Shown here: one piece after another, positions 30,861 through 40,513 of the stretch | Numbering within the stretch: the stretch's first letter is position 1 | How the letters are laid out: every line of letters starts with the position of its first letter | Source: an uncultured Gammaproteobacteria bacterium | Lineage (GTDB): Bacteria > Pseudomonadota > Gammaproteobacteria > JAJDYQ01 | Direction: 5' to 3' | Assembly: GCA_942491945.1 (NCBI GenBank) | Contig: CALODD010000116.1 | Coordinates: 1,008 to 65,007 of the forward strand | DNA length: 64,000 nucleotides | Translations under genes and position numbers: made by a program | The notes under the pieces: generated by a model | Told to the model about the DNA's origin: nothing | Database searches by the model: none | Seen by the model: the letters and a program-made list of their open reading frames with translations, nothing else

Positions 30861-31493
30861 ATGACCATAAAGATTAGTGAAGTTGGATACTGGTCAGGTT
30901 TAGCCGCATTCGCGTCAGTCTTGGCATACGGTATGGTGCAGATATTGCAGGTTGTAGGCGTACTACAATTTCCAATTGACGAGATTCTAATCTATGGCTC
31001 CTCCCTCTGCATCGTCGTACCATTCGTTCTGGAGATGCTCTCGTTCCACTACCTAACGGCAAAGGACAAACAATTCTGGACCCATGCATCGCTAATATTC
31101 ACGATTATCTATGCAATATTTGTCATAGCGAATTATGTCGTACAACTCGCAACAGTAATCCCCTCGAAGTTAAGAGAAGCATCTGAGACTATTCTTATTC
31201 TCGAACAAACTCCACATTCAATGTTCTGGAACTACGACGCGATTGGTTACATATCGATGGGTTTGGCGACCTTGTTTGCCATTCCCGCGCTGAGCACATC
31301 AGGTTTTGAGAGGTGGGTTAGAATGTCCTTTATCGCACATGCTCTTGTAACTCCGCTAATCAGTATCGTGTATTTTTATCCAACGTACTCCCATAACCTA
31401 CTTTTTCTTGGTTTTCCGTGGGCAATCACTGCGCCCCTTTTCATGGTGATGCTCGCGATCATGTTGCGGAGAAGGCAGGTAGAGAGTGTGTGA
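30861..31493 (+). CDS. Hypothetical multi-TM membrane protein (cassette)
   Basis: Hydrophobic 210-aa ORF. Confidence 0.55.
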   Translation: MTIKISEVGYWSGLAAFASVLAYGMVQILQVVGVLQFPIDEILIYGSSLCIVVPFVLEMLSFHYLTAKDKQFWTHASLIFTIIYAIFVIANYVVQLATVIPSKLREASETILILEQTPHSMFWNYDAIGYISMGLATLFAIPALSTSGFERWVRMSFIAHALVTPLISIVYFYPTYSHNLLFLGFPWAITAPLFMVMLAIMLRRRQVESV

Positions 31494-31499
31494 AGAACG

Positions 31500-31580
31500 G
31501 CCTAACAAGCGGGTCAAATTCGCTACCTTTGGTTGCTCGGACGCGCAAATAGCGCGAGCCGTTTACCCTAATCGTTATGT
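31500..31580 (+). repeat. attC site
   Basis: GCCTAACAAGCGGGTCAAATTCGC ... GTTATGT. Confidence 0.75.
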
Positions 31581-31611
31581 GTTCGTACAAGATTGAAGTA
31601 TTGGAGGAGAA

Positions 31612-32034
31612 ATGACTGAAGGAAAAGGTCAATGCCTTTGTGGTGCTGTAAAGGTTACAGTTAAAAACATGAAGAACAATGTTGATGTGTGTCATTGCGG
31701 CATGTGTCGCAAATGGGGCGGTGGGCCGTTCATGTGCGTTGATTGCGGTTCAGACGTAACATTTGCAGGAGAAGAAAACATTACTGTGTATGACTCGTCC
31801 GACTGGGCAGAGCGAGGATTTTGCAAAAAGTGCGGAAGTCATCTGTTTTATCGACTTAAAGAAGTTAATGACCATCAGGTGTCAGTCGGACTATTTGATG
31901 AACAAAAGAATTATCATTTCGAATTACAAGTATATATAGATCAGAAACCCGCTTTTTACGACTTCGCGAACAAAACGAAAGAGATGACGGAAGCCGAGGT
32001 TATAGAAAAATATGCAACGAAGGACGTCACATAA
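31612..32034 (+). CDS. GFA (glutathione-dependent formaldehyde-activating / CENP-V) family protein
   Basis: CLCGAVKV...CHCGMCRKWGGGPF...CKKCGSHLFY cysteine pattern. Confidence 0.75.
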   Translation: MTEGKGQCLCGAVKVTVKNMKNNVDVCHCGMCRKWGGGPFMCVDCGSDVTFAGEENITVYDSSDWAERGFCKKCGSHLFYRLKEVNDHQVSVGLFDEQKNYHFELQVYIDQKPAFYDFANKTKEMTEAEVIEKYATKDVT

Positions 32035-32086
32035 CAAGTTGCTCCAGCTGACCGCTGAACGCGGCGGCTAGTCTCACACGTTATGT
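32029..32086 (+). repeat. attC site
   Basis: ACATAAC (containing the stop codon) ... TCTCACACGTTATGT. Confidence 0.75.
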
Positions 32087-32101
32087 TTAAAAATATAAAT
32101 C

Positions 32102-32584
32102 ATGAATATACGAGAAGCATCAGAAAATGATTTTGATAATATCTGGCCTATTTTCCATGAAATAGTTTCAGCTGGTCAAACTTATGCATATTCTCAAGAT
32201 ACAACAAAAGAACAAGCATTAAATATTTGGATAAAAACGCCTAGGAAAACTTACGTCTTTGGTGATAATAACAAAATACTTGGTACATATTATTTAAAAA
32301 CTAATCAGGCGGGTCCTGGGAGTCATGTATGTAATTGTGGTTATATGGTGTCTTCTAAAGCTAGAGGTCGTGGCCTAGCTACTTCTATGTGCGAACACTC
32401 CCAAGAAGTAGCAAAGAAACATGGGTGTAAAGCTATGCAGATCAATTTCGTAGCCTCAAGTAATGAGGGAGCAGTAAGGCTGTGGTCAAAACTAGGCTTT
32501 AACACGGTTGGCAAATTACCCAAAGCTTTTAACCAACCTTCAAAAGGTTATATTGACGCTTTGGTAATGTATAAATGGTTATAA
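32102..32584 (+). CDS. GNAT family N-acetyltransferase (cassette)
   Basis: ARGRGLATSMCEHSQEVAKKHG ... VRLWSKLGF. Confidence 0.75.
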   Translation: MNIREASENDFDNIWPIFHEIVSAGQTYAYSQDTTKEQALNIWIKTPRKTYVFGDNNKILGTYYLKTNQAGPGSHVCNCGYMVSSKARGRGLATSMCEHSQEVAKKHGCKAMQINFVASSNEGAVRLWSKLGFNTVGKLPKAFNQPSKGYIDALVMYKWL

Positions 32585-32585
32585 A

Positions 32586-32660
32586 ACATAACAACTCGTT
32601 CGTGTGGGACCGTCTAAAGCGCTGCGCGCTTTATCCGCCCCGACAACTCTAACGTTAGGC
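32586..32660 (+). repeat. attC site
   Basis: ACATAAC ... GTTAGGC; inner AAAGCGCTGCGCGCTTT palindrome. Confidence 0.75.
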
Positions 32661-32690
32661 AAAAATACAAATTTAAAATTGAGGGGGTAA

Positions 32691-32780
32691 GTGTTATTTA
32701 ATAAATGGTGGCCAGTCATCATTTTAATTACCGCCATTTTTTATTGCAGAAATTCACAATATTTATTCAATGTTGACTGA
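32691..32780 (+). CDS. Possible 29-aa hydrophobic peptide in an otherwise ORF-less cassette
   Basis: GTG start preceded by GAGGGGG; product VLFNKWWPVIILITAIFYCRNSQYLFNVD. Confidence 0.25.
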   Translation: MLFNKWWPVIILITAIFYCRNSQYLFNVD

Positions 32781-32814
32781 AAAAAGTAATAGAAAATTTA
32801 AAACAAATGAATAA

Positions 32815-32911
32815 ATATAACAAATCGTATAACTATGCAGGGCTACCAGCCCCGGCGCGGACTCTCAAAAGGCTATCGCCTTTTTCGAGCCCGTTAACTC
32901 TATCGTTATAT
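32815..32911 (+). repeat. attC site
   Basis: ATATAAC ... GTTATAT. Confidence 0.6.
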
Positions 32912-32932
32912 TTCAAAAGAGCCTATTGCAAA

Positions 32933-32952
32933 AGCGTACGGGTAAGCGTACG
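32933..32952. promoter_or_regulatory. Putative YefM-YoeB operator
   Basis: AGCGTACG repeated twice, with GTAC cores 12 bp centre to centre, 25 nt upstream of the yefM start. Confidence 0.5.
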
Positions 32953-32976
32953 ATGTGCTCATATTGGAGATGAAAT

Positions 32977-33219
32977 ATGGTAATTTTAAAAGCAACAGAT
33001 GCAAGGGCAGATCTTTATAACCTCATTGATGAGGCTGCAGAGTCTCACCAACCAATTGTTATAACGGGAAAAAGGAACAATGCTGTTCTTATTTCTGAAA
33101 GTGATTGGAACGCAGTAAATGAAACACTTTATTTACTGTCAGTACCAGGTATGCGGGAATCTATAAAAGAAGGCCTTGAAGAGGATGTGGCGGCATGCTC
33201 AAAGGATATTGAATGGTAA
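32977..33219 (+). CDS. yefM: Phd/YefM family antitoxin
   Basis: ATDARADLYNLIDEAAESHQPIVITGKRNNAVLISESDW...ETLYLLS. Confidence 0.85.
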   Translation: MVILKATDARADLYNLIDEAAESHQPIVITGKRNNAVLISESDWNAVNETLYLLSVPGMRESIKEGLEEDVAACSKDIEW

Positions 33220-33479
33220 GTTGGAAAATAGTCTATACAAAACAAGCCCAAAAAGATGCTAAAAAGATAACCCAGTCAGGCCTTAAGAATAAGGCAAAAA
33301 TTCTATTAGATATTATAAAAGAAGACCCTCTCCAAAATCCCCCATCGTACGAAAAACTTGTTGGTGACTTAGCAGGTGCGTACTCAAGAAGAATAAATAT
33401 TCAACACCGTCTTGTGTATCAATTATATGAAAAAGAGAAAATAGTAAAAGTTATCCGGATGTGGACGCATTACGAGTAA
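33213..33479 (+). CDS. yoeB: Txe/YoeB family toxin
   Basis: YSRRINIQHRLVYQL...MWTHYE. It overlaps yefM by 7 nt. Confidence 0.85.
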   Translation: MVSWKIVYTKQAQKDAKKITQSGLKNKAKILLDIIKEDPLQNPPSYEKLVGDLAGAYSRRINIQHRLVYQLYEKEKIVKVIRMWTHYE

Positions 33480-33483
33480 TGAA

Positions 33484-33561
33484 ATATAACAAGAGAGTCA
33501 AGTTGACACATTACGCATCGCTTCGCTCTGCTTCATGTACAACTTACCCAAAAAGTTATGT
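33484..33561 (+). repeat. attC site
   Basis: ATATAACAAGAGAGTCAAGTTGAC ... GTTATGT. Confidence 0.7.
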
Positions 33562-33609
33562 GTCTGTATGAGCTCTTCTCATAATTATGGCTAGGTAAGG
33601 CGCAAATAG

Positions 33610-33915
33610 ATGAGCTTTAATGAAAAGACAGGCCAGATGAATTGGAAAGATGAGCTTGTTTGGGTTTTAATATCCATTGCTTCGGGGATATTACTATCAT
33701 TAGTATATTTTCACTTCCAAAGGTTTGCGAATGTAAATAATTTTACGGTAGTTTTAGCCTGCTGCATGGCGTTTTATGTTCTCAGTATATTGGTAAGAAT
33801 ACAAAACCATAGAGGGCAAGCTTTAACAGGGAGGCCTGCTTTTAATGAGGCTAAATTAAAATTAGTTTTTCCGGTATTGGGTTTTGCTATTGGTGTCGCA
33901 CTATTATTATTCTAG
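33610..33915 (+). CDS. Hypothetical 3-TM membrane protein (paralog of 46093-46398)
   Basis: MSFNEKTGQMNWKDE...VRIQNHRGQALTGRPAFNE, closely similar to the ORF at 46.1 kb. Confidence 0.6.
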   Translation: MSFNEKTGQMNWKDELVWVLISIASGILLSLVYFHFQRFANVNNFTVVLACCMAFYVLSILVRIQNHRGQALTGRPAFNEAKLKLVFPVLGFAIGVALLLF

Positions 33916-33941
33916 TTATTGTCGATGATGATAAATGAAAC

Positions 33942-34036
33942 ATATAACAAGTCTTCGAGATGACCCTTATCCGGGGCCTCGCGTCGCCTCCGCTCTGCTC
34001 GTCGCCGTCAAGGCAAGCTCAACTCACACGTTAGGT
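33942..34036 (+). repeat. attC site
   Basis: ATATAAC ... AACTCACACGTTAGGT. Confidence 0.7.
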
Positions 34037-34053
34037 GGGTTAAAACTGGCGAG

Positions 34054-34525
34054 ATGAATATTTTTATACTAGATAAAGATATCGAAAAATGCGCACAGTA
34101 TCACTGTGACCAACATGTAGTAAAAATGATACTTGAGAGCGCACAGATGTTATGCACAGCATTAAATAAAAAGGATTTACGACGCCGTATAAATCTACTC
34201 ACGTAAAACACCCTTGTGTTCTCTGGGTAGAAGAATCTTATGAGAATTTTACATGGCTAAAAAAATTCTTGCTTTTGCGTTAAATACAGAATATCGGCTA
34301 AGATTTGAAAAGGATACCGATCATAAATCAATTTCTGTCATCAATGAGATTTCAAGCATCGACTACGATAATCGTGGGCTTACTGAGTTCTCTAAGGCAA
34401 TGCCAGATAAATATAAGATTGCGGGAGATGCTGTTAAAGCCTACAGGCAGTTTTACGTGGGAGAAAAGATGAAGTTTGCTAAATGGACCAAAAGAAGCAT
34501 TCCCGAATGGGCACTAGAATCTTAA
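34054..34525 (+). pseudogene. Conserved hypothetical gene (family not confidently named) broken into three frames
   Basis: The reading MNIFILDKDIEKCAQYHCDQHVVKMILESAQMLCTALNKK is followed by TPYKSTHVKHPCVLWVEESYENFTWLKKF, then by ILAFALNTEYRLRF...AYRQFYVGEKMKFAKW. This continuous reading needs shifts at an A5 run and an A7 run (34259-34265). Confidence 0.5.
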
Positions 34526-34540
34526 GAGATTCTAAAGCGC

Positions 34541-34599
34541 ACCTAACACAAGGCGCGCCAGCGGATGCGAGAACACGCCGCTAAACTCACACGTTAGAA
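34541..34599 (+). repeat. attC site
   Basis: ACCTAAC ... AACTCACACGTTAGAA. Confidence 0.7.
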
Positions 34600-34618
34600 C
34601 TCATAAAAGGAACAGGAA

Positions 34619-35035
34619 ATGACAGATTGTTGCGAATCAAGCTGTAATTCATCTAGAAAGCATCGTTGCCCCATTAATGGAAAAGAATACGGTTCAGTTA
34701 GTACCAAAACAATATTACATCACCTAAATGAACCATGGAAAAGAGACCTGGAAGGTAAAGGATATTATTTCTGTTCAGACAGTGACTGTGATGTTGTCTA
34801 TTTCGGGCAGGATAATTCTGTAATATCAAAAAAAGAACTAAGAACAGAAATTGGTATTAAGGAAACCGCACCTAGCCGAACGGTTTGTTATTGTTTTGGT
34901 GTTTCCTATTCTACAGCCGCACAAAACAAGACAATTGTGAGTTTTGTAAAAGATAAAACGAAACAGTCTCTTTGTTCTTGTGAAACAAGCAACCCTTCAG
35001 GCCGGTGTTGTTTGAAGGACTTTCCAAAACAATGA
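34619..35035 (+). CDS. Cysteine-rich putative metal / Fe-S binding protein (CopZ-N-terminal-like)
   Basis: CCESSC, HRCPING, CSDSDC, CYCFG and CSCETSNPSGRCC clusters. Confidence 0.5.
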   Translation: MTDCCESSCNSSRKHRCPINGKEYGSVSTKTILHHLNEPWKRDLEGKGYYFCSDSDCDVVYFGQDNSVISKKELRTEIGIKETAPSRTVCYCFGVSYSTAAQNKTIVSFVKDKTKQSLCSCETSNPSGRCCLKDFPKQ

Positions 35036-35036
35036 G

Positions 35037-35109
35037 TTCTAACAAGCGGGTCAAGTTCGCTTCGCTTGGACGCGCAAAAAACGCGCGCCACATACCCTGG
35101 GCGTTAGCT
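35037..35109 (+). repeat. attC site
   Basis: TTCTAACAAGCGGGTCAAGTTCGC ... GTTAGCT; inner GCGCGCAAAAAACGCGCGC. Confidence 0.7.
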
Positions 35110-35420
35110 GCTAAAAATCACATCCAGAGGAAACATTCTAATGAATTAAAGCGTTAAATTCATTTAGTGTAAAATAATACTCATAGCCGCGAGCTAAATG
35201 ACACAGGATGAGTATTTGAATCTCGCCGGTAAAGAGTTAGAAAAAGAAAGATTAAAATGACACCTATCAAGGCGCCCATTCAGATACAAACTACGCTGTG
35301 CTTCGTTTGCGCCGTATAGCTTTGTAGTTATATTTTCATAAGGAACTTTAAATGAATAATAATAACTGTGCTCAATTCAAATTACTTCATATAGTTGAAT
35401 AGTCTATATAGCGCATTAAG

Positions 35421-36679
35421 ATGGCCAACGACTCTAAAAATGTATTGCAGCGTGGTCTGGAAAATATCCACGATCCTTTTTCCAATTTCATTCGCGCCCA
35501 GACAACCTCCAGCCTGTTTCTCCTGGTCGCTACAATCGCTGCCCTTTGGTGAGCGCACCAGCTTATTCTTCTACCTACCATGAATCTTATACACACGCCG
35601 ATTGGTTTTTTTGTGGGAGAATTCGAGCTACGGGCTTCACTCAAACACATTTATTAATGATGGTGTATTTTTCTTCCTGCTCGGTCTTGAGATCAAACGG
35701 GAAGTACTAGCCGGTGACCTCGCTCGACCTGAAAATCGACGTATGCTGATTCTCTGTGCCGCCGGTGGAATGGTTTGTCCGGCTGTGATTTATTCCCTGT
35801 TCAACTGGTCACTTGATTCACAGATTGGATGGGGCATACCAATGGCAACCGATACCGCGTTTGCGCTGGGTGTCCTCACCATCGTGAGAAAACATATACC
35901 TGTTAGCCTCCTGGCGTTCATCGTTGGCCTCGCCATTGTCGACGATGTCGGCGCGATACTGGTCATTGCAATATTTTACACCCAGGAACATTCTTTAATT
36001 CATCTGTCCGGATCACCCACTGCACGCGCCGCCGCGGCGGCACCCGCCGGCAGTCGCCCGGGCAGCCGCGGATGCCGGTCTTCAGGTCTGCGCGCCCCCC
36101 GGGTCGCCACCGCCCTCGACGGCGCCGCAGATCCCAAGTTAGCATCAGGAAATTGCTTGATAATGCAAAATGGGGGGGGGGGGGGGGGGGGTTATTCGCA
36201 AGAAAAAGCAAGGGGGGAGCCGGAGAAGGGAAGAAAAGGGGAGGGGAGGGCGGTATTTCCGTGGGGAGGGGCGCTTGCTGCTAGCCTATTCATCTTACCG
36301 CGGTTCACATTCGCCAGCTGGCGTAGTATTTGGCTTTAGCTCATTTACTCGATAGCCTCGCAGCATCCAATTGGATTGGAGGAATTTATTCTGGACGTCG
36401 TGGTTGGGTCTGCGCTGCAAAATTGGCTGCTTACCTGATGACGTTAATTTAAAACATGTGTTAGGTGTTTCGCTCATAGCGGGAATAGGATTCACTATGT
36501 CGACTTTTATCGCCGCACTGGGTTTTGACGCGCAACCCGAGCATCTCCATAACGCAAAAACATCGATCCTGGTCGCCTCAGTTCTTTCCGCAGTCCTTGG
36601 TGTTTTATATTTTCGTATACTATCTACAAAAAGTTATAACAGGTCCCTCAATTCGACACCAGGAAATGGCGCGAATTAG
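35421..36679 (+). pseudogene. nhaA: Na+/H+ antiporter NhaA, copy 1, heavily disrupted
   Basis: Recognisable segments are FIRAQTTSSLFLLVATIAALW, INDGVFFFLLGLEIKREVLAGDL, GWGIPMATDTAFALGVL, AIVDDVGAILVIAIFYT and C-terminal LIAGIGFTMSTFIAALGF. They lie in different frames, with an aberrant patch in the middle. Confidence 0.8.
36003..36275. other. Compositionally aberrant patch (very GC-rich, then G-rich with a G20 run at 36172-36191) inside nhaA copy 1
   Basis: Read directly. The patch is still collinear with nhaA copy 2 (47.5-47.9 kb), for example CCAAGTTAGCATCAGGAAATTGCTTGATAATGCAAAATG versus CCAAAGTTGACATCGGAAAAACTAGCCATTAATGCGAAGAC. Confidence 0.8.
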
Positions 36680-36698
36680 TTCAGACGTAACGTTTTGG
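36634..36698 (+). repeat. attC-like site
   Basis: TTATAAC ... GTTTTGG (weak right core); stem TCAATTCG / CGAATTAG. Confidence 0.45.
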
Positions 36699-36706
36699 AG
36701 TTTCGC

Positions 36707-37860
36707 ATGGAGTTACTTAGCACAAATAAACATTTAAACGACACCAGGCTAGCACAGCGAATACGTAATCGATCAATCGATATACCATTTAACGTTCGGT
36801 TACCAAACGGAAGTATTTTGCGGTTTGGAGAAGGAGACCCGGCGTTTATCCTTACTGTTAATGACCATAATGCCTTGTCAGCTATTGCAAGGTTTGATGA
36901 ACTGCGATTTACCGAAGCATACATAAATGGCGGCCTGGACATTGAAGGGGAAATGTGGGCGGTTTTAAACTGCCGTGAGGCTTTTCGTGATCTGCATCCG
37001 CTTCATCACTTCTGGCGACGATTACTGCCCTTTATAACGGGTCAATTGCATACCAACGAGCATGCAATACACGATCACTATGACTATGACTATGAACAAT
37101 TTTTCCCTGAAATTCCTGGTTCAATCCGCTGTTACTCGCAATCCATCTTTGAACATGACGATGAGTCTCTTGAAACAGCGCGATCACGAAAACTGAACAC
37201 TATAGTGAAAGACTGCAGCCTTAAACCGGGCGATCGAGTGCTGGATGTAGGCGGTGGCTGGGGGGCATTTGTCGAACACGCTGGAAAACAGGGAATTCAT
37301 GTTACAGCGCTTACGCTTGCAAGGAATTCTGAACGGTTTCTAGGTGATTTAATACAACGCCTTCAATTGCCCTGCGATGTTAAATACATGGATTTTTATG
37401 AGTATGAATCGCTAGAACCCTATGATGCTATTGTTATTCTTGGTGTCATGGAGCACCTTCCGAATTATCGTGCTGTCCTGAAGCAGTTCCGGCGATTATT
37501 GCGGCCCGGCGGTAAAATTTATTTAGATGCCAGTTCTTACCGAGAAGAATATTCTAAACCGACATTTATATCGCGTTACGCGTTCCCAGGAAATCACCGT
37601 TACTTTTGTTTGCATGATTTTCTGTCTCAAGTCTAAAAAACGAATCTGGAATTAAACAGTGTTCATAACGATCGCCACAGTTATTACCTGACTTGCAGAG
37701 AGTGGGCGAAAAACCTTGAACCAGCACACGATGAAATCATTAATCGTTGGTGTGAACAGCTTTACCGAATATTTCATCTCTATCTTTGGGGTTCGGCGCA
37801 TGCCTTTTTTTAAGTCGTAGTATGGATGCCTACAGGGTAGTTTTAGAGCTACCTGCGAAT
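36707..37860 (+). pseudogene. Cyclopropane-fatty-acyl-phospholipid synthase-like SAM methyltransferase, frameshifted near the 3' end
   Basis: VLDVGGGWGAFVEHAG...GVMEHLP...LRPGGKIYL. After the stop at 37636 (A6 run) the C-terminal reading ELNSVHNDRHSYYLTCREWAKNLE...YRIFHLYLWGSAHAF continues in another frame. Confidence 0.7.
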
Positions 37861-37935
37861 AGGTGTCATAGCAGCTCTTCACAAAGAATACAACATTAGA
37901 GATGAAACAATGGTGGGATTCAAACATTTAGCGGA

Positions 37936-38012
37936 ACATAACATTCACATTAAATTCCCTCCTGTGGGCCGCCGACGCTCCTTACGTCGCGGGGTTTATG
38001 TGGGCGTTAGCC
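37936..38012 (+). repeat. attC site
   Basis: ACATAAC ... GTTAGCC. Confidence 0.6.
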
Positions 38013-38332
38013 ATGATCAGGATAAATCAATGATAGGGGGGTACGTTGATCGACGAAAAGCCAGGTCGAAATTGACGCAAATTGATACAAATTTTTATAG
38101 TGGAACTGGATCAATTTGAAACAGTGGGGCTTGATTCACTTTTAACACTCGATTGTGAAACAGTAGATCAGTAAGCTAATATTGTTTGGTTTGGTGGTGA
38201 ACCTGTGCACTATGATGAAGAGTCGGGTATGGCGCTATTGTCTGTCTCAGCAGAAGGCATCGATTTCGTATGCAGGTGTTCAGGCGAATTAGATGAGTGG
38301 TACAACATCAATGTAATAAAACGGAGAAAACA

Positions 38333-38623
38333 ATGAGCAAGAAAGAACTGTATAAACAGAAAATGCAGGCCCAGTTGGACGAATGGGAAGCAGAGGTAGA
38401 CAGGTTCAAGGCTAAGGCTTCTGGAGCCAGTGCCAATGTGCAACTGGAAATGAACAAGGAGATCACCGCACTGAAAGGCAAGATAGAACAAGGAAAGACT
38501 AAGCTTGCTGAAATGGCGGACGCTAGCGAAGATGCGTGGGAGTCAATCAAAGAGGGTGTAGATTCCACGTGGGATTCGCTAAAGGCTGCCGTCAGTGACG
38601 CAAAAGCGAAGTTCAAAGGATAG
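38333..38623 (+). CDS. Coiled-coil protein (96 aa), function unknown
   Basis: RBS GGAGAAAA upstream of the ATG at 38333. Lys/Glu/Ala-rich heptad-like sequence. Confidence 0.55.
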   Translation: MSKKELYKQKMQAQLDEWEAEVDRFKAKASGASANVQLEMNKEITALKGKIEQGKTKLAEMADASEDAWESIKEGVDSTWDSLKAAVSDAKAKFKG

Positions 38624-38667
38624 TTAACAGTATTTATCGAGTTTATTGATATTTAGAAGGTATTCTG

Positions 38668-39141
38668 ATGCGTAAGAGAATTATCAATCCAGTTCAGGAG
38701 CAAAACGTATATTCTGATCAGAACTGGCTGGATATCGAGAAACTTGCGGTAGCTGAGGTCACCTCAGAGGATGATGCTTATCCGATCGAGTCCGCATTAC
38801 TGCCCGGCAACGATTCTGGATGGCGCGCCTCAAGTCCAGGAGAGCAGATGATAAGGCTTCTCTTTGACAATCCTCAGAGGCTCGAATGGATCAGACTGAA
38901 CTTCGAAGAGTTAGATATTGAACGTACGCAAGAATATGCCTTACGTTGGTCTCCTGACGGCGGACATTCGTATCAGGAAATTATACGTCAGCAATGGAAC
39001 TTCAGTCCCGAAGGTGCAACCAGTGAGATCGAGGAATACGAAGTAGATCTCCCGGCAGTTACTATTCTTGAGTTGAGCATCAATCCAGATATAAGTAAGA
39101 AAAATGTTTTCGCGTCTTTAGCGGAGTTGCGGCTTGCCTAA
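38668..39141 (+). CDS. Hypothetical protein, possibly a galactose-binding-domain-like beta-sandwich
   Basis: 157-aa ORF in the same cassette as the coiled-coil gene. The family assignment is tentative. Confidence 0.45.
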   Translation: MRKRIINPVQEQNVYSDQNWLDIEKLAVAEVTSEDDAYPIESALLPGNDSGWRASSPGEQMIRLLFDNPQRLEWIRLNFEELDIERTQEYALRWSPDGGHSYQEIIRQQWNFSPEGATSEIEEYEVDLPAVTILELSINPDISKKNVFASLAELRLA

Positions 39142-39242
39142 CAAAGGGGCCAGGCGGACAGTCCTCCGCGGTGTTCGTTTGTGCTTATTAACAGCGCAAG
39201 CCTCACAACGCTACGGCCTGCCGCTTAACGCCGGCGTTAGGC
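39136..39242 (+). repeat. attC site
   Basis: GCCTAAC (containing the stop) ... GTTAGGC. Confidence 0.7.
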
Positions 39243-39249
39243 AAACATA

Positions 39250-39311
39250 GTGAAATTAAGTTTTAACTTAGAGGATGCAAGTCAAGTTGCTATTGGAGCT
39301 TTTGCTTTAGC
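39250..39311 (+). pseudogene. 5' fragment (20 codons) of a paralog of the membrane protein at 48345-48740, truncated by IS256
   Basis: VKLSFNLEDASQVAIGAFALA versus MNLSFNLEDASQVTIGAFALA at 48345. Confidence 0.7.
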
Positions 39312-40513
39312 GAGACTGTAAATTAGTTTGTGTATTTGCTTATCATTAACCCCAACGGGAGATAAGCACGATGAATAAAAAAGAAATGTTAGCCTTTGCA
39401 AAAGAGGCAGCTAAAAGCATGAAAACAGAGAAAGACCTGAGTGACTTTAGTCGCATGCTTAAAAAGGTCACGGTTGAGGCAGCACTCGGTGCTGAGCTGG
39501 ATGAGCACCTTGGGTACGACAGGAATCAGCCCTCTATTGGTTCTAATAGTCGTAACGGCCACACATCAAAGACACTGTATACCGACAACGGAGCCATTGA
39601 CCTTAACGTGCCGCGAGACAGGGATAGCTCATTCGAGCCCCAGCTTGTTCAAAAGCAGCAGACTCGATTCACGGGTATGGATGACAAGATACTATTTCTC
39701 TACGCCCAAGGGATGACAACGCGAGAAACCTGTCAAACGTTTAAAGAATTATATGACGCAGATGTGTCAGCCAGTCTTATCTCCAAAGTCACTAACGCGG
39801 TAATGGAGCGTGTGGTTGAATGGCAATTTCGTCCACTTGACCCTGTGTACCCCATTGTTTATTTGGACTGCATTGTGGTCAAAATTCGACAAGATAAACA
39901 GGTGATTAACAAAGCGATTTATTTAGCGCTTGGGGTTAATGTTGAGGGGCATAAAGAGCTACTGGGTATGTGGTTATCAGAAAATGAAGGGGCTAAATTC
40001 TGGCTTGGTATTCTAACGGAGCTGAAAAATCGTGGCTTAGAAGATATTCTCATCGCTTGCGTAGACGGGCTTAAAGGCTTCCCTGAAGCGATACAGGCAG
40101 TGTACCCTCAAACGCATATCCAGCTTTGCATTGTGCATATGGTGCGCAACAGCATGAAGTTTGTTCCTTGGCGTGACTACAAGGCCGTTGCGGCAGATCT
40201 AAAGCGCATCTATCAATCGTCAACCGAAGAAGAAGCGGCTGGCAATCTTGAAGAATTTGCCAAATCGCTGGGATGAAAAGTATCCGCAGATCTCTCGCAG
40301 CTGGCGGGCGGCCTGGGACAATCTCAACACGCTTGTTCCGCTATCCGCCGGAGATTCCGTAAGGCCATCTACACGACCAACGCCATTGAGTCATTAAACA
40401 GCGTTATCCGGAAAGTGATCAAAAAACGGAAACTGTTTCCCACGGATGATTCCGCCAGGAAGGTTGTTTACCTGGCGATACTGGAAGCATCTAAAAAATG
40501 GACCATGCCGATC
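39312..40513 (+). mobile_element. IS256-family element remnant (left end present, right end missing)
   Basis: It begins GAGACTGTAAATTAGTTTG. The mutator-type transposase reading ends abruptly at ...ASKKWTMPI and is fused to a VIT-family gene fragment. Confidence 0.65.
39371..40513 (+). pseudogene. IS256-family transposase, frameshifted and 3'-truncated
   Basis: Recognisable segments are LDEHLGYDRNQ...NSRNGHTSKTL, YLDCIVVKIR and CVDGLKGFPEAI. After 40276 the reading [13 protein letters not shown]...[17 protein letters not shown] continues in other frames. Confidence 0.8.

Noticed and set aside
36072-36355. Gly/Arg-rich ORFs across the poly-G region
   Set aside because: They are products of the aberrant G-rich patch inside nhaA, not credible genes.
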